Below the pieces are notes generated by a model. It searched no databases, was not told the origin of the DNA, and saw only the letters and a program-made list of their open reading frames with translations. DNA of 52,672 nt from assembly GCA_013115145.1 (NCBI GenBank), contig JAAPAO010000206.1, positions 1 to 52,672 of the forward strand. Reading direction: 5' to 3'. The translations under genes were made by a program, and so were the position numbers. This document shows positions 32,681 to 45,339 of this stretch, one piece after another; within the stretch, counting starts at the first letter, position 1, and the number at the start of each line of letters is the position of its first letter. This DNA is from Perkinsus chesapeaki ATCC PRA-425. Its lineage: Eukaryota; Protista; Perkinsozoa.

Positions 32681-33607
32681 GATGCAGGATAGAAGATATC
32701 ATGATAATATGTGAAGAGCAATAACTCTTCAAAGCTCCGAATTTAAACACCAAACTCCTACTGCATGGTCAAGGCTTCACAAGAATGTGTGATCTAAGCC
32801 AATACTGTAACGTAAAGTTCCTAAGTCTAGACTTCAACATGATAAAGGAAATACAAGGTCTAGAGTATCTAGTAAATCTTACATCACTTCATCTGCAAGG
32901 CAACCATCTTACTAAGATATCGGGCCTAGATCGAAATATAAACCTAAGGGTACTCAATCTTAGCGATAGTCATATAACTGAGATTGGGGACGGCTTAAAG
33001 CACCTTACTAAACTCACCAACCTAAATCTGGCCAATAACTACCTGGTAGATTTCCACGAGGTGGTGGAGGACATTAGTGTGTGTCCACTAACAAGCCTTG
33101 ATATCAGTAACAATAGACTGGAGGACTTTGGAACGTCTCTCGACGATTTTTACGATCGACTGGGGAGCTTACGCTGTCTTTATTTGCATCGGAACCCAGG
33201 AGCGCGAAGAGTAAAAGGCTTAAGGAAGAATCTTATCTCGAAGCTTGCTGATCTGAACTGCTCGAACGATAGGTAGTGGAATCCGCACCGAGCCCAGAGG
33301 CCCATAAGATACATAATTAGACCTGTTACGATATATGAACGCCGTGGAGATGAGATTGACCGCAGAGAGTTGATGAAGGCCAATGAGATGAGAGATGATG
33401 AGTGGGAAAAGAGACAAAGGAAAATTACACAGTAATTATATTAAGCACTCCTACCACCGCCAAACATACCTTAGACGACGTAACATGGCATTGGAGAGAA
33501 TTGCTAGAGAGAACCTTGCCAGGGGGCTGAACCAGACAGTACAGAGAGACAGTACAGTATACCGCATACAAGACTGGAGAGAAACGAAGATCAAAGTGAA
33601 CACGTAA
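32681..33607 (+). CDS. DNAAF1: LRR protein of the DNAAF1/ODA7/LRRC50 (dynein assembly factor) type, possibly pseudogenised
   Basis: APNLNTKLLLHGQGFTRMCDLSQY, SDS22-like LRRs, LYLHRNP...LRKNLISKL...NDR|PVTIYERR. In-frame TAA at 32722-32724 upstream of the main ORF; the 3' end is uncertain. Confidence 0.65.
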
Positions 33608-34048
33608 ATGGTGACGCGAGAAGTAGATTGGTATAGGTGTCGCTGTGGGAGAACAGATAAGACAAAGAACCATTCATACACCATCAACAGGCCAAACAGT
33701 GACAGAGCCTCTGTCACAGAGGTAGAACATACTCCTATTAGGCTTATTGACGAATAATCGACATAGCTGACAATATATAGTAATCCTATGCCTATAATAG
33801 TATTATAATAATACCTTTTAAAGATACCATGGAACGATGAACAACTATGGCAGTCGGTCGAGGTTGACAGAGAAGCTCTAATTGCCGATGCTAATCTCAT
33901 AAGAAACACGAGACACCACACCTCAGTGAGAAATAATATAGAATTGCTTGTTCGAAACTCCTCCTGTAATAAGAGTGGAATGTACGATCCTCCTCCATCA
34001 CCAACATCTTTTCCCGTCATAAGATTCTCGTCCAATCGCTCGCACCCA

Positions 34049-34237
34049 CGGATATTTGAATAATAGTCGGATAATTGAGATGCGCGAATTGGTCGGATAT
34101 AAGAGTGCGCGCATCCGGATATTTGGGTGCGGTTTTTCGGATCCTCTTCGTGATAGAATCGGATAATTGATGCGGGTCGAGCAAGTCGATGATTTTACGG
34201 ATACTTGATGCGCGCCAGTCGGATATAAGAGTGCGCG
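34049..34237. repeat. Degenerate CpG-rich array of about 8 CGGATA...TGCG units
   Basis: CGGAT(A) recurs near 34049, 34068, 34094, 34116, 34138, 34160, 34198 and 34220. GTCGGATATAAGAGTGCGCG is exact at 34092 and 34218. Confidence 0.7.
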
Positions 34238-34651
34238 AGTCGAAAACATGACCGGGAAATGCTGTAGTACCCTTTTAGAGTATGATTATGATATTGTTTT
34301 AACTACACAGTCAAATTCACTGCTATCGAGTTTGAGTTACCCATATCGAATACCAAGCTGGAGTTTGAAGAATAGAGCCTTGACTCACCCCTGTGTATAG
34401 CGACTTTCTTCCCAGGGCACTTTGTATTTTGGCGCCACCGTGCGGCGTTATAAACATGAGCGAGTACGTTCTATTTACCGCAGCGGGATCATTCCGCTTT
34501 AGAAATGACTGCTCATTGACGGATCGAGACTCAACTTAGAAAGGTGAACTGATGTGTAAATAATCACCGAAGATGTAGTGATTCCTTTAACGACTTAAAC
34601 GAACCAGATGAGAAAAGTCGCTTGACGGATGAGAAAGGAAGCTTACTACAA

Positions 34652-35779
34652 TTATAAGGGACTACCGATTAATGGCCGATCAGAGTAGCGAGCGAGTTTC
34701 ACCAATTTACGTTGCATATCAAACGATGACAAATAGGTGGTGAAAAACGGACGACCCAGAATAATCACCGCGCTAGAGCTTTGATGAGAGATCATTTTGA
34801 GCACGTACCATCCATCATCATGCTTCTGAGCATACTTCTTTGGTGGGATACGTATGACGAGTGGGCTTAGGGGATAAGAACCAACGTTGAACGTCAAGGT
34901 AGGCAAGAAGTTGTATGCTGCCTTCTCGATCAGCCAAAAGAGTCCACTTCTTTCGATTTTCGGATACCTACCGGAGTCATTGTTTACTGACTGACGTATC
35001 TCTTCCAGAAGGTAACCTAACTGCACTTGTGGGAAGCTGAGCGTGTATGTCCCGGTGTCGTATACAGCAACAGCACCAGACAACTGTTTCGTGGAAGCTT
35101 GACCTCTAGAGCTCACCAACCCAAGACTGTGCAGATTTGTAGCCAATACACTGGGGTATTCACCGTTCATTGGAACTGTCATAGTAGTTGCAGCTTTAAT
35201 AGGACATTTATCTTTCCACTGTCCCAACAGAAGGTGGCCACTGAAGGTTGCCACGCCACTAGCCGAGATGCTCACTGAAACAGAGTACTCCTGCACGATC
35301 TTATTATTAAATAGATCTAATGGTACTGTGTGAGGGTTATCAGTGTCAGCGAAGGCCAGACCGAGAAAGTTCACAGGCTTCCGAGTAGATACTGATCTAG
35401 TGAAACCGATGATGAGGCGGAATCGGGTTTTCAGTTTATGGCCACTCACATCAATCTCCCCCTCGTGCTGCACGGTAGTGATAGTCGAACCGTCCACGAA
35501 GCGGGTTGTATGATTCTTCATCTTGAAGGGGTCGCACGCACTTGTGCAAACATAGCATAGTCTGGGCGGGCATGAGCCTTTCCCATAGACCTTTTCGTAC
35601 CAATCTTTGTAAATAACTGAAGTTCCGCTCACGCCCGTGTCCATGAACAGGTCCAATGGTTGACCATCGAAGCTGATTCCGGTAACAATGCTATCGCCGA
35701 AGGGCAGGGAGATTTGGCCGATGACGAAGTGTAGACCAACCGAACCTACGAGATAAGATTCGATAGCCGTGAATTGCAT
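34652..35779 (-). CDS. A1-family (pepsin-like) aspartyl protease, intronless
   Basis: Two catalytic motifs FMDTGVSGTS and AVYDTGTYTL, FLGLAF, and IILGRPFFTTYLSSFD. Confidence 0.9.
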   Translation of the reverse strand: MQFTAIESYLVGSVGLHFVIGQISLPFGDSIVTGISFDGQPLDLFMDTGVSGTSVIYKDWYEKVYGKGSCPPRLCYVCTSACDPFKMKNHTTRFVDGSTITTVQHEGEIDVSGHKLKTRFRLIIGFTRSVSTRKPVNFLGLAFADTDNPHTVPLDLFNNKIVQEYSVSVSISASGVATFSGHLLLGQWKDKCPIKAATTMTVPMNGEYPSVLATNLHSLGLVSSRGQASTKQLSGAVAVYDTGTYTLSFPQVQLGYLLEEIRQSVNNDSGRYPKIERSGLFWLIEKAAYNFLPTLTFNVGSYPLSPLVIRIPPKKYAQKHDDGWYVLKMISHQSSSAVIILGRPFFTTYLSSFDMQRKLVKLARYSDRPLIGSPL

Positions 35780-37547
35780 TGAGAGATTGGGAACTTTGAC
35801 AGTGTCCGAGGAGATGATTTACCTCAGGCGAACAATAAAGTAGAGTCACAATGAACTACCACTTTGAAACGCACGCGAGAACATCTTCGGGCGCCACGCG
35901 AGAGTCGTGTCGCGGATCATTATATAGGCTAAAGCAGTACTGCCGGGCCGGCAGTGCTGGAGATGAAGCCGAGCTTTACGGGCTTATTTCCTCAAACTGC
36001 CCCACCGAGCTTCCTACCACAGTGCGAGTGGTACTACTGCTGTACGATCTATTCCATAGGTTCTATGGAGAGAAACTGCGAACCGGAGGAGCGGCTCCAC
36101 AGAAAAGCGCCATCGGTCCCACAGGAAAGATAATGAAAATATGATGATACAATTTGCCACTGGGCCAACAGCGCGAAATTGGACAAAACGCGTTTGGCTC
36201 GGCCAACACAGCCAGCGACTGGCACAACTGTTCCATGGCGGCGCGAGAACTATTTCATAGACAAAGCATTTCTGTAGCGACACGCGAGTCATCGTTCAGT
36301 ACGTAATATTATTGCGTGTAGTAGTGGTACTTCTAGTGTAGTACGGTACTACACCTATAACTATTTGCAGTACACATTCTTCTATCACCCTTGTACTTTA
36401 TGAACCATTTTCGCCCCCCGGAGATTCTCGGTTCTCGTTGAGTTCAACTCGCCCCATCGTCGATGTGACATACGTTTGTAGCGTGAATGAGGATTCCTAA
36501 TAAAAACGATATCGGTATTCGGGTCTTTGAGAACGCCCTCTGAGTACACTGCTAGAATGGCTACTACAAATATCCTGTAGTACGAAGTTCGGTGAGCACT
36601 GTCGTCGGTTCACCTGCTGTTTGCTAAGAGAACCCCCCCCCCCCCCCCAGGAAAGTGTCCATAACAGAAGTTTCTCTGATTGGTAGATCAACAAGACTTG
36701 TGCGGCCCAGTGCCGCTCAAGAGGGGCGTAACTGCAATTAGGAGAGAGCCGAAATACCACGGGTCGTAGATTTCTTCACTGCTGAACATCTGTGTCGCAG
36801 TATTCTCGCGGACTTTATGAGTCCACGAAGAAGTCAGAGGCCCTGTGAAACCGGGATGACTCTGACTTATCCGAGGTTGCTCCTCATTCGGCCTTCCAAC
36901 ATCGAGCCGTGTAGAAGCACCGTTGCATTCGTAACTCTGGCAAGGAGTCTGCCGAGTAGCAGTCATGAATAATACGACGACCATAGAAGTTATATTTGGG
37001 GTTCGCTCTCCAACGAACCGTTCATGATAGGATATGACCCACATCAAGCTGATTCATTCCCTGCAAGGGATACACTCCAATCCACTTTTTGAAAGCTATG
37101 CATTCTGACGGACCCTTCCCACGCCGATCGCCGACGTGTACAGCATACGTGACGCCACCGACGTCCGGGCTTATGGCTACACCCCAAACCCTTCGGAGCA
37201 GGTAACAGGGAAACAGTTGCCTGCAGCGAAACTGTAGCAAGGCTAGATTTTGCGCATGGCTCAGCATTATATAGGACCTTGGAACCTGCCAATTCGGATA
37301 CCGACAGTTTGGGCGTTGTTGTGCGAGGAGACTCCTCTCGCACAACAACAATTCTCCGACGGGCGCCACGCGCCATATTTCTGTCCGTTCATTGAAATGC
37401 GCACAACCGCAGATAAACGGGAAGCTGAGTTTGAATGATCCACTATCAATTTGTCACTATCTACTAAGTTGACTCGCTTTATACGCCCTTGTGAACATAT
37501 GAGAATTGCATGTTTAGTTTTTCCGAATCACATAACAGTCTACTGCC

Positions 37548-38315
37548 ATGTGGAACCACATGCTACTCTCCGTCTTCCTTGAGCTGTTTGTGGTATCTTA
37601 CAGTGAAACTGGAATTCCTGGTGGCGAATATTGCGCGAAAGTGTATGGCCCTTATGTATCTAAGGTGTTGTCCTCTCCTTCTGGTACGGTATCGCTCTAT
37701 TTCGCTAGTCAGACTACAACTATCAGCATTAGTGATGTCGCGTATCGTCTGGACGAATCCACGGGGCTGATAAAGATGGATATCGAGGCGCTGAGGTACG
37801 GTGCTCGAAGATTCCCGTTCATTGCCCATCTCTGGAATATGAGGTATGACTCTATCAAGAATGAAGTTCAGGTCTTCAGCTCTGCCGCCGCGGAGAGTAT
37901 AGCTTTTGAAGCCCGGTGCAAGTTTGGTACACACCCTCTGAGAGCTCCAAGACCTGAAGGTTTAATCCATAAGCCTCTCCCTCACAAGCAGTTCTGCATT
38001 TCTCCCCGTCACGGGATGTATGGCCGCTTCACGTTTATGGGCTACGCAGGCTTCAACGCCGAGTTTAGGTTAAATAGTACGACCATATCGCTATACCATG
38101 TGAAGTATAGAACAAAAGGTCCCAACATAAGAGGCATCCGGAAGATCCGCTACGAGATTCCTGAACATCTTCCTGAGCTCTCTGAATTCCCTCATCTCGG
38201 TTATTACTTCAGGCTCAGATATAATATCACAGCTGAGACTATGTTTATTTTCGGTCCTCCATTTGGATCTCGCATGGAGATGACCTCAGAACATTGTCGG
38301 CTACATAGTATATAG
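37548..38315 (+). CDS. Secreted hypothetical protein with two internal repeats, intronless
   Basis: Signal peptide MWNHMLLSVFLELFVVSYS. The halves PGGEYCAK...TISISDVAYR and LPHKQFCIS...TISLYHVKYR resemble each other. Confidence 0.75.
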   Translation: MWNHMLLSVFLELFVVSYSETGIPGGEYCAKVYGPYVSKVLSSPSGTVSLYFASQTTTISISDVAYRLDESTGLIKMDIEALRYGARRFPFIAHLWNMRYDSIKNEVQVFSSAAAESIAFEARCKFGTHPLRAPRPEGLIHKPLPHKQFCISPRHGMYGRFTFMGYAGFNAEFRLNSTTISLYHVKYRTKGPNIRGIRKIRYEIPEHLPELSEFPHLGYYFRLRYNITAETMFIFGPPFGSRMEMTSEHCRLHSI

Positions 38316-39470
38316 AGAGATGTCAGTGGTACCGTTACGTTGCCGATATCTGGGCGCCGACAATTGGTTACCCTGCAACATGAGGGATAACTTCTACCTC
38401 TCTTTTATGACTTGTGAATCTACAAGTACAGAATGTTCTCATTTGTTGGGCAAACCGTGACATGTTGTGAGCGTGCGATCTTACGTGGAGAGGTTTGAAT
38501 GTTCAAACATTTCGTATTACTCTCACTGACTCACGTACGACGCGCTTACGTCTTGCCTTCGTCAATTAGCTAGAAACACAAAAGGTGTAACTACGAACGG
38601 GCACATTATATCAGCGAGAAGTAAATTATAAAATAGTAAATAGTAAAATATCTTTCCAAAGATATTAGTAGCAGTAAAAAAACAAATTTTTTTTACTTAA
38701 ACCGCTCAGCAATACCCACACCCAATAACTCTTAAAAGAGTAAATGGATCATCGAAGTCGAATACATTATTGTATTGACTAAACCTCCATTAGGGTGGAA
38801 AGGTATACAACTCCTCATCACGGCTTAGGGTTTTGTCAAGAGTACTCTTGTGAACGAAAGGAAATCACTACATAAGTGATCCTGTTCGAGTACGGTCGAC
38901 ATACATTAATAGCACGGAGACGCGTTATTGGGGTGAGAGTTGAGGGAAGTGTGGTATGACGCACGACACAAAGATCTGTCCCATTAACATAAAGAGCATA
39001 AAGAGCGACACGCCCGAGACCGACTACAACGGCATGGGAACTGCTATCGACATTATGTGAAGACTCGCAGCTTCATGTGGTGGAACAGACAGAGTTCACG
39101 TACAATATGGCGCATTGTGCTACATGAGGAGTGATATTCATGAACATACACGATCTGTGAGCTCAAATCAATGATTTGAAATCATTGACTTCATAGATTG
39201 GCGACAAAGATTTGACGGATTGGGACAAAGTAGACTAGCGAAGACGTAGCTGCGAAGTCATAGATAGAATTGCGCTGCTTCAGCTGAATAGCCCAGTTCG
39301 GTTGGTGTAGCACTTGACAGTCGAGCTAGCAGGTCATTGTTACCTCGAATCGCAGGCTTGGATTCGAAGACTCGTGTTTATTAACTAAACAAGTCAGTAT
39401 TAGATACGTCAACAGACGTAGAAATAAAATCTAAAATAATCCTTGGATGCCTAGAGGATATAGCTACTAA

Positions 39471-42400
39471 TTATTTCAGTGAAAGATAATACGTTTGGAT
39501 GCAGGAAGAGAACAGTAGTTCACAGAATGAGGCGATTGTGACAAGTCGACGACAAGAATAAAGTACGGAATGCTGGGAATGGAAATTAGTCTTCATGACG
39601 CCGCGCGCTGCTGTGCAAGCAACAGTGTATCTAAAGTAAAGATCATTCCAGTTTATGTTATGAGAAATCATACGCAGCTTGAGCTCCATGTCATCTAGAA
39701 TAGGCAATAGATCATCTTTCACCTGAAGAAGGCGGCTTCCCGAACGCGGATGACAAATCTTACGAGCTTTAACAACAGTTCTTGCCGTTTTGCTAGTCGC
39801 ACTGAACTCTCGTACGGTGAAGCCGAATCGTCACTGTCATCAGCCTGAGCAACAACACCTTCTCAGTGACGCAGCCGAGCCTACTTACCAGCTCACTCTT
39901 CCCTAGTTTACCTTCTTGGTGGTAAGATGATCCTGGAAATTAACACCTTGCTTCTACTTGGAAGTTCCAACCTCACCTCGGGAAAATTCTCGTCGGTGCG
40001 AAACTGGACCAGAGTTGTCAATATTTTCCTTTCGCATTCCAGAGGCCAAATCACTCATATCGCTCACCCCACGGCTGTCTTGATCTGAGCATATCAAAGA
40101 AGATCCTCCAGCGCTGTCAAGTGCTCTAGTGCCCACGATGTGCAACAAGAGTCCGACCAGCCTTAAGCGAGGCCCTGAATCGATCTGCCTGAAGCCCGGG
40201 GTGATCGCAGAACTAAGCAGGCGAAACTGAGTCGATTCTCTATAAGCCAATGATACTTACATATTTAAGCTTCTCAGTTGCGTCCCGCTGCATGGCATGG
40301 AGTAAATGAGGGAACGCACAAAAGGTTTCTGACCAAAGACAACATTCCAACACTTCACCGGAAAACTGCGCAGTACGAAATAACGCCGCAGCGTCCAGGG
40401 AGAATAACTCAGCATCGCTGTAAGCTCTGACGGTGAACTGTCGATGCTCCTAAGACAGAAACGGCAAATTAGACATGTCCAAATGTCACATGGCAAATGG
40501 GGAAAACAGCGAGGCGATTGCGTCGAGTGTCCCTTTTCCTATTTAATCAACTGTCGCGTAGATTGCTGTGTTGTTCCGTATTGTCTCTTGAGGATTGTCA
40601 GTTCATTCTACCGATTCGGTTGCCCAAGCCATGAACTACGGAGACTGAAGTGCAAATTGGAGACATTCCAGCTACCGACCATTAGAGCTTCCACAGTGAA
40701 TTGATGGGGCGATGTCACTCACCTGGCAAAATAGCTCGACCTCACCGAAGTAGCATCCTTCCTTGTAAAACCAAAGCGGTGGACGTGGTGAATCTGAAAC
40801 GTAATAGTAAGTAATCAGTTCGCACACTTCCTTTAATATCCTGTACCTCCCTTCGTGCCTTCATCCTTTATGCTATCCAAAGGGGCTGCTTCCACACCAA
40901 CTTGACCCTTCACAAGGAATAACACTTGGTCAGCAATATCACCTGATGATAATCCATCCACAGCCAGAGCATGCGACCAACCGTACCGATGTTCCAGAAG
41001 ACGCCCTTTTTCTCATCTGTCGGACTTTTAACGACACGCTGCAGTAGCGGGGCGAGATAACATATCTATCAGCCACATAGAGCTTTCGAACGCCATTGCA
41101 GGATGATGCTCACCAAAGCGTTCCTGTTTCGGGAATCAGAGAATATGTCAAGAGAGAGATGGCGACCGCCGTGCATCGAATAAGCTAATTTCGTCCTGAC
41201 CTGAATGAAAGTTCGACGTGGGTGGGCCGGCCAAGACTTGCCTCCACCGGGAAAGTGGCCATAATAATGGCGACTTGCCGAGGGTTCACCAAAGTCTCCA
41301 TTTCTGAGTGCGCCAGCATGAGGTCATCTGCATTGATAGGATGTGAAATAACTTAAGCTAGAAGTGTACTTAAGTCCTTCACAAGCTTCAAATCGATCTC
41401 GGCATTGGAACAGAACTCGACCAAACGAGAAAGACGCTGATTGCGCATCTTCTTTTTCTTGTCTCGAAGTGCCAGAATATCTATCCAATAAAAACCAGTG
41501 CTCACTGAGAGCCTACGCAACTTACTGCTGACTCTGCTGATAATCTGGGCGTAGACAGCAACGCCGAGACACATGATTGCCATAGCGAAGACCTAGAGAT
41601 GGCGAATGAAGCACCAGAGGGGACAGACATCGCACATATTCGGCCGGCGTGTTGGGAGTGATGTCACCATACCCGACAGTTGTGACTGTTGTAACAACCC
41701 AGTAGACCGAGGCCACATATCTGAAGATGAGGGTTCAAGTTACAAGAAGTAATGATGAAAATACCCCACCGAACTCCAAGCGGCCTGATACATTGATTAA
41801 CTAATTCTTCGGTGTCGAGGTAGGGAAGATCGTAACATGTCTCATCCTGAGAAAGCCATCGGAAATAGTTCAAGTCCGAGCACTACGTAAGCATATAGCT
41901 GGCGACGGGGCCAACTCCTCTTTGAGAACTCCTCCGCTCGAGCGATCAGGTACCTCAAGAGGACGGCTCAGCAGCGAAACGAGGGTGTGGCGGGCTTTAC
42001 CATATGCAAGCAATCACGTGGATGGCTGTTGCTAGAAACACACCAAAGAGGGCAAACTCTGCCCATGCCTCACTTAAGAATCTGTAATAGCAAATGAGGC
42101 AGAACTAATCCTCTATGGTAGCACTTACCGATGAAAGACGCCACTCAAGAGAGCGCGATGTTGAAGTACTTTAAAAAGTCGAAATAGCCTTAGTAGACGC
42201 AAGAGGCGTATTGCATCGAACTCGGTGCTAGCCTGAGTTGATATATTAAAGTCAATATCAGCATTCTCAAGCAGCTTACCGTATCGAATTGTGGAATGGC
42301 TATCGCGATGAGCGGAAGACATGCCAGGAGATCGAAGATGAACCAAGTACAGAGGTAGTGATAAAATATACGGCTAAGTGAGGAGATCACAAAGGCAGTG

Positions 42401-43834
42401 CCGAAGTGGATCCTACTTGCCATGCTGCTCCAGCATCCCATCTTCGGACCTTCGATACATGAGACGGAAGTTTAGAAATAAGTCAATAACAAATATTATA
42501 TCCACGAGGACTGTGATGACCTGATGAAGAGGTGTGTCTACCGAGCCATGGTTGTAGGGATCCAGAATAGAGCCAGAGGTTTAGTGTGAGCGAGGTATTT
42601 GTAGTGTATCGGGCTGTATATGAGCTCCTACTTATAGGAAAAGGTTAGATGCAGTCAAACAAATTTACTTCGTTTTGCCTGTCCAACGGTTCTATCATAT
42701 CTCCGCCCAAGGAGTTAAGTTGGGTTTCTGTTGTCTGCCTGCCTTACTTTCCAGAACATCCGTGAGTCACCGGGTGTAAGAAAGCATAATTTAAATGTTT
42801 CAAAAGTCGCAGTGTACATCTGCCACAAGCATGAAGAAATAAATAATAATCTGCCTCCTCACCAGAACCGTGAAAATAAGTGGTATCCATCCGCGAATAT
42901 ACCACTTCCTCTCCGGCGAGCTAAGAGGAAGTAGGTGAAGGAACGGCCAAGAACGATTGAATATTACAACACAGGAAGCCAAGGCATACAATCATTATTG
43001 GGATTCACGCACCCCTTCATCGATTTACAGTATCTCTTCACGCAGCTTCGTGGCGGAGTTACTTCCTCACCAGAAGAGGGTCTGTTCTCATCGGAGCCCG
43101 GCCTGCATAGCAGAAATGAACAACTGGAGTAAAGGTTGATCGAGAGACTTTTTATAAAGCAAGCCTGGCAAGTACAATCTTACGTGGTAGCAACCTCATC
43201 CTCCACATCATTCGGCGAGGGCTCTATCAGGAATCGCTCCACTGTTCGAGGACTGAGAGACTTTGAATGATAATAGTGAAGTGTGGAAACTAATCACTCT
43301 ATTTTCCGCTTCCAGCGACGCCGCTTTTTCATCGCAACCTTAGCCTGCTTCACCGTTCGGTTCACATCGGATGCTCGACGTGCCTTCAGGACAAGTATAT
43401 CGAAGTGACCCACTCACGTAAACAGTTAGTGTTCCGAAACGTCTCTGAGAAATAATTGACCGGTCACCGACCTCTTACCTCATCTTCGAGGCCCTGCATT
43501 GGATCAGGGAGAGCCTCGCTGGTTGTGGGTGTGACAAGGTTGTCAAAGAACCGTGTGTGCGCCCTTGTGGTACCGTTGAGTGAGCACATCGATGCAGGCG
43601 GCGAAATGAGCTCGAAATCACGTCTTAAAAATTGACTGACATGTACTGAGGGGGAAATCAGTTAAATGGCAACTGATACTCGCTTGCTGGCGTACACTGG
43701 TTCCGCAGTTCGTGAAAGTTTTCAAACTCCAATGAATCATCCGCCGGCTGCTCGGCCTGCTGTCGCTGACGTCCACCGCTGTTATCCACATCGTTCTGCT
43801 CGGAAACGGGAGGGACATCAGGATCACTTGCCAT
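39471..43834 (-). CDS. Voltage-gated/cyclic-nucleotide-binding K+ channel (EAG/CNG-like), multi-exon
   Basis: VDIIFVIDLFLNFR (S2), WFIFDLLACLP (S3), RLLRLLRLFRLFK (S4), YWVVTTVTTVGYGDITP (pore), and C-terminal CNBD-like LFLVKGQV. Both termini are approximate. Confidence 0.85.
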
Positions 43835-44712
43835 AATGAATGCTTCAAAAAATATATATTAAAAATAAAACCTGCTAAGCGATAGGCAACTCACGTAATA
43901 CGATAACTCAATAACTCTCGTCTGCAACTATCCGCGAAGCAGCTAGTCATCAACGAAGCTGTCAAAACACTTTCCCCAGAGTGGAGCTCCACTACTGGAA
44001 GCTAGTAGTATTCACACATATCCTAGCTGCATCATGCAGCCTGCATGGTGCCGAATGGGACATCGAACATCTAACAATTTGATCCGCTATCGCTCAAACG
44101 AATTGTTGTGGGTAGCAGTCTAAGTAATGTTATGGGAACGAGACGTAAATTGTCCTTTGACATTACGGTATGAGCATTATCGACAAACTCCAGCTCTTTC
44201 ACCGGCGATGAATCACCGCCACGCGTGCGGACCTAGAGCAGAGAGCAGCTAGAAATAAGTCGTGTTTAATCATTCGATACAAATTCGTTAGTATTTTCGG
44301 AGCGGGACTCGACTCGAAAGGACAACCTTTACAATACGGTTTTATATAGAGACCAAACTTCGAGAGTCGGGACCTGAGATTGGTGGTCACCAGAATCGCA
44401 CGATATCGTGGCACTCAGAAGCCCCCTACTTGCCACTGACAAGTTTTCAGGCAACAAGAAGATGATAACTCGACACCGTCGGTGTCACACTGAAACATAA
44501 GACTGCCGAACCACAGAGCCGCGTTTCATGTCCACCAAGCACATTCTCATCCTATTCCAGAAGTCTTACGCTACTATGGCATTGTCACACCTTTGTGTGA
44601 CGGCGTGAATCATGTTTAATCAAAGGTATGGTAACTTCGCACCTATTTCATAACAGAACTGTGACGAATGATTCGTCCATAATATGAGCTTCATAATATG
44701 AAGCTGAAACAG

Positions 44713-45330
44713 TCATATGAAGTTCATATGGCTGTTGTTTGACTCCATACCGTTATTGGCAGTTGGGAATCTGGGAGCGAAGCCCTCCCACCACCCACAG
44801 TACAATTGATTCCTCAAGCATGTCTTCATCGACATGTCCGCTGGAGTCCATTTTGGTGGCGATTCAATAATGAAAGTATTAGGATCTGGTTTACACAAGT
44901 CGTACAGATCCACACAAATAGTTCCAGTACTGGTGAATGGAGGGAGAAGATGAAGAGCTTTAACTTTTACAACATACTCTTCAACATGATATCTTGAATA
45001 CAAAGCTCTTTTTAAACAGTCATGGATCTCTGGGGTGCAACCTTCGATGGAAAGTAAACACATTTAAATTGTTTTTACCAACTCCAAGCAATAGTCTACT
45101 TAGTAGACTCAACTATTTACACTGACAATACCATAGCTGAGGATAGCATTCTGTGTTCTCAGCTCAGCCGAGTCAGCTGGTCTCATGTATACTCGGTATA
45201 CGGTCGTCGCTTTGCCAAACTTTCAAAGGCCTAGCCTGCTACGGTAGAAAATATAGTAATCGTGACCGTCCATTTTGGATCGCGGTGATCAGATCGGTCA
45301 CATTTTGGGAATACTGTGCCCCACTGGGAA
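44713..45330 (-). mobile_element. Degraded MULE (Mutator-like) transposase fragment
   Basis: WWEGFAPRFPTANNGMESNN resembles the W..G.A...P.TNN..ES.N motif of MULE transposases; the upstream sequence is disrupted. Confidence 0.5.
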
Positions 45331-45339
45331 ATTCCTGGT

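Noticed and set aside
3723-32724. Stop-codon reassignment (TGA as Trp/Arg, TAA/TAG as Gln)
   Set aside because: Apparent stops at about 7297, 11315-11420 and 11850-11900 vanish once short introns are placed correctly. The roughly 1,150-aa globin, the 601-aa GT and the 375-aa protease have no internal stops. Two isolated nonsense codons fit mutation or error better.
35851-37450. Several short ORFs as genes
   Set aside because: Frames are interrupted by stops, with no consistent splice model or recognisable domain. Possibly a decayed element.
39285-39375. tRNA-like boxes (TAGCCCAGTTCGGT; GATTCGAA)
   Set aside because: No acceptor or anticodon stem can be folded on either strand.
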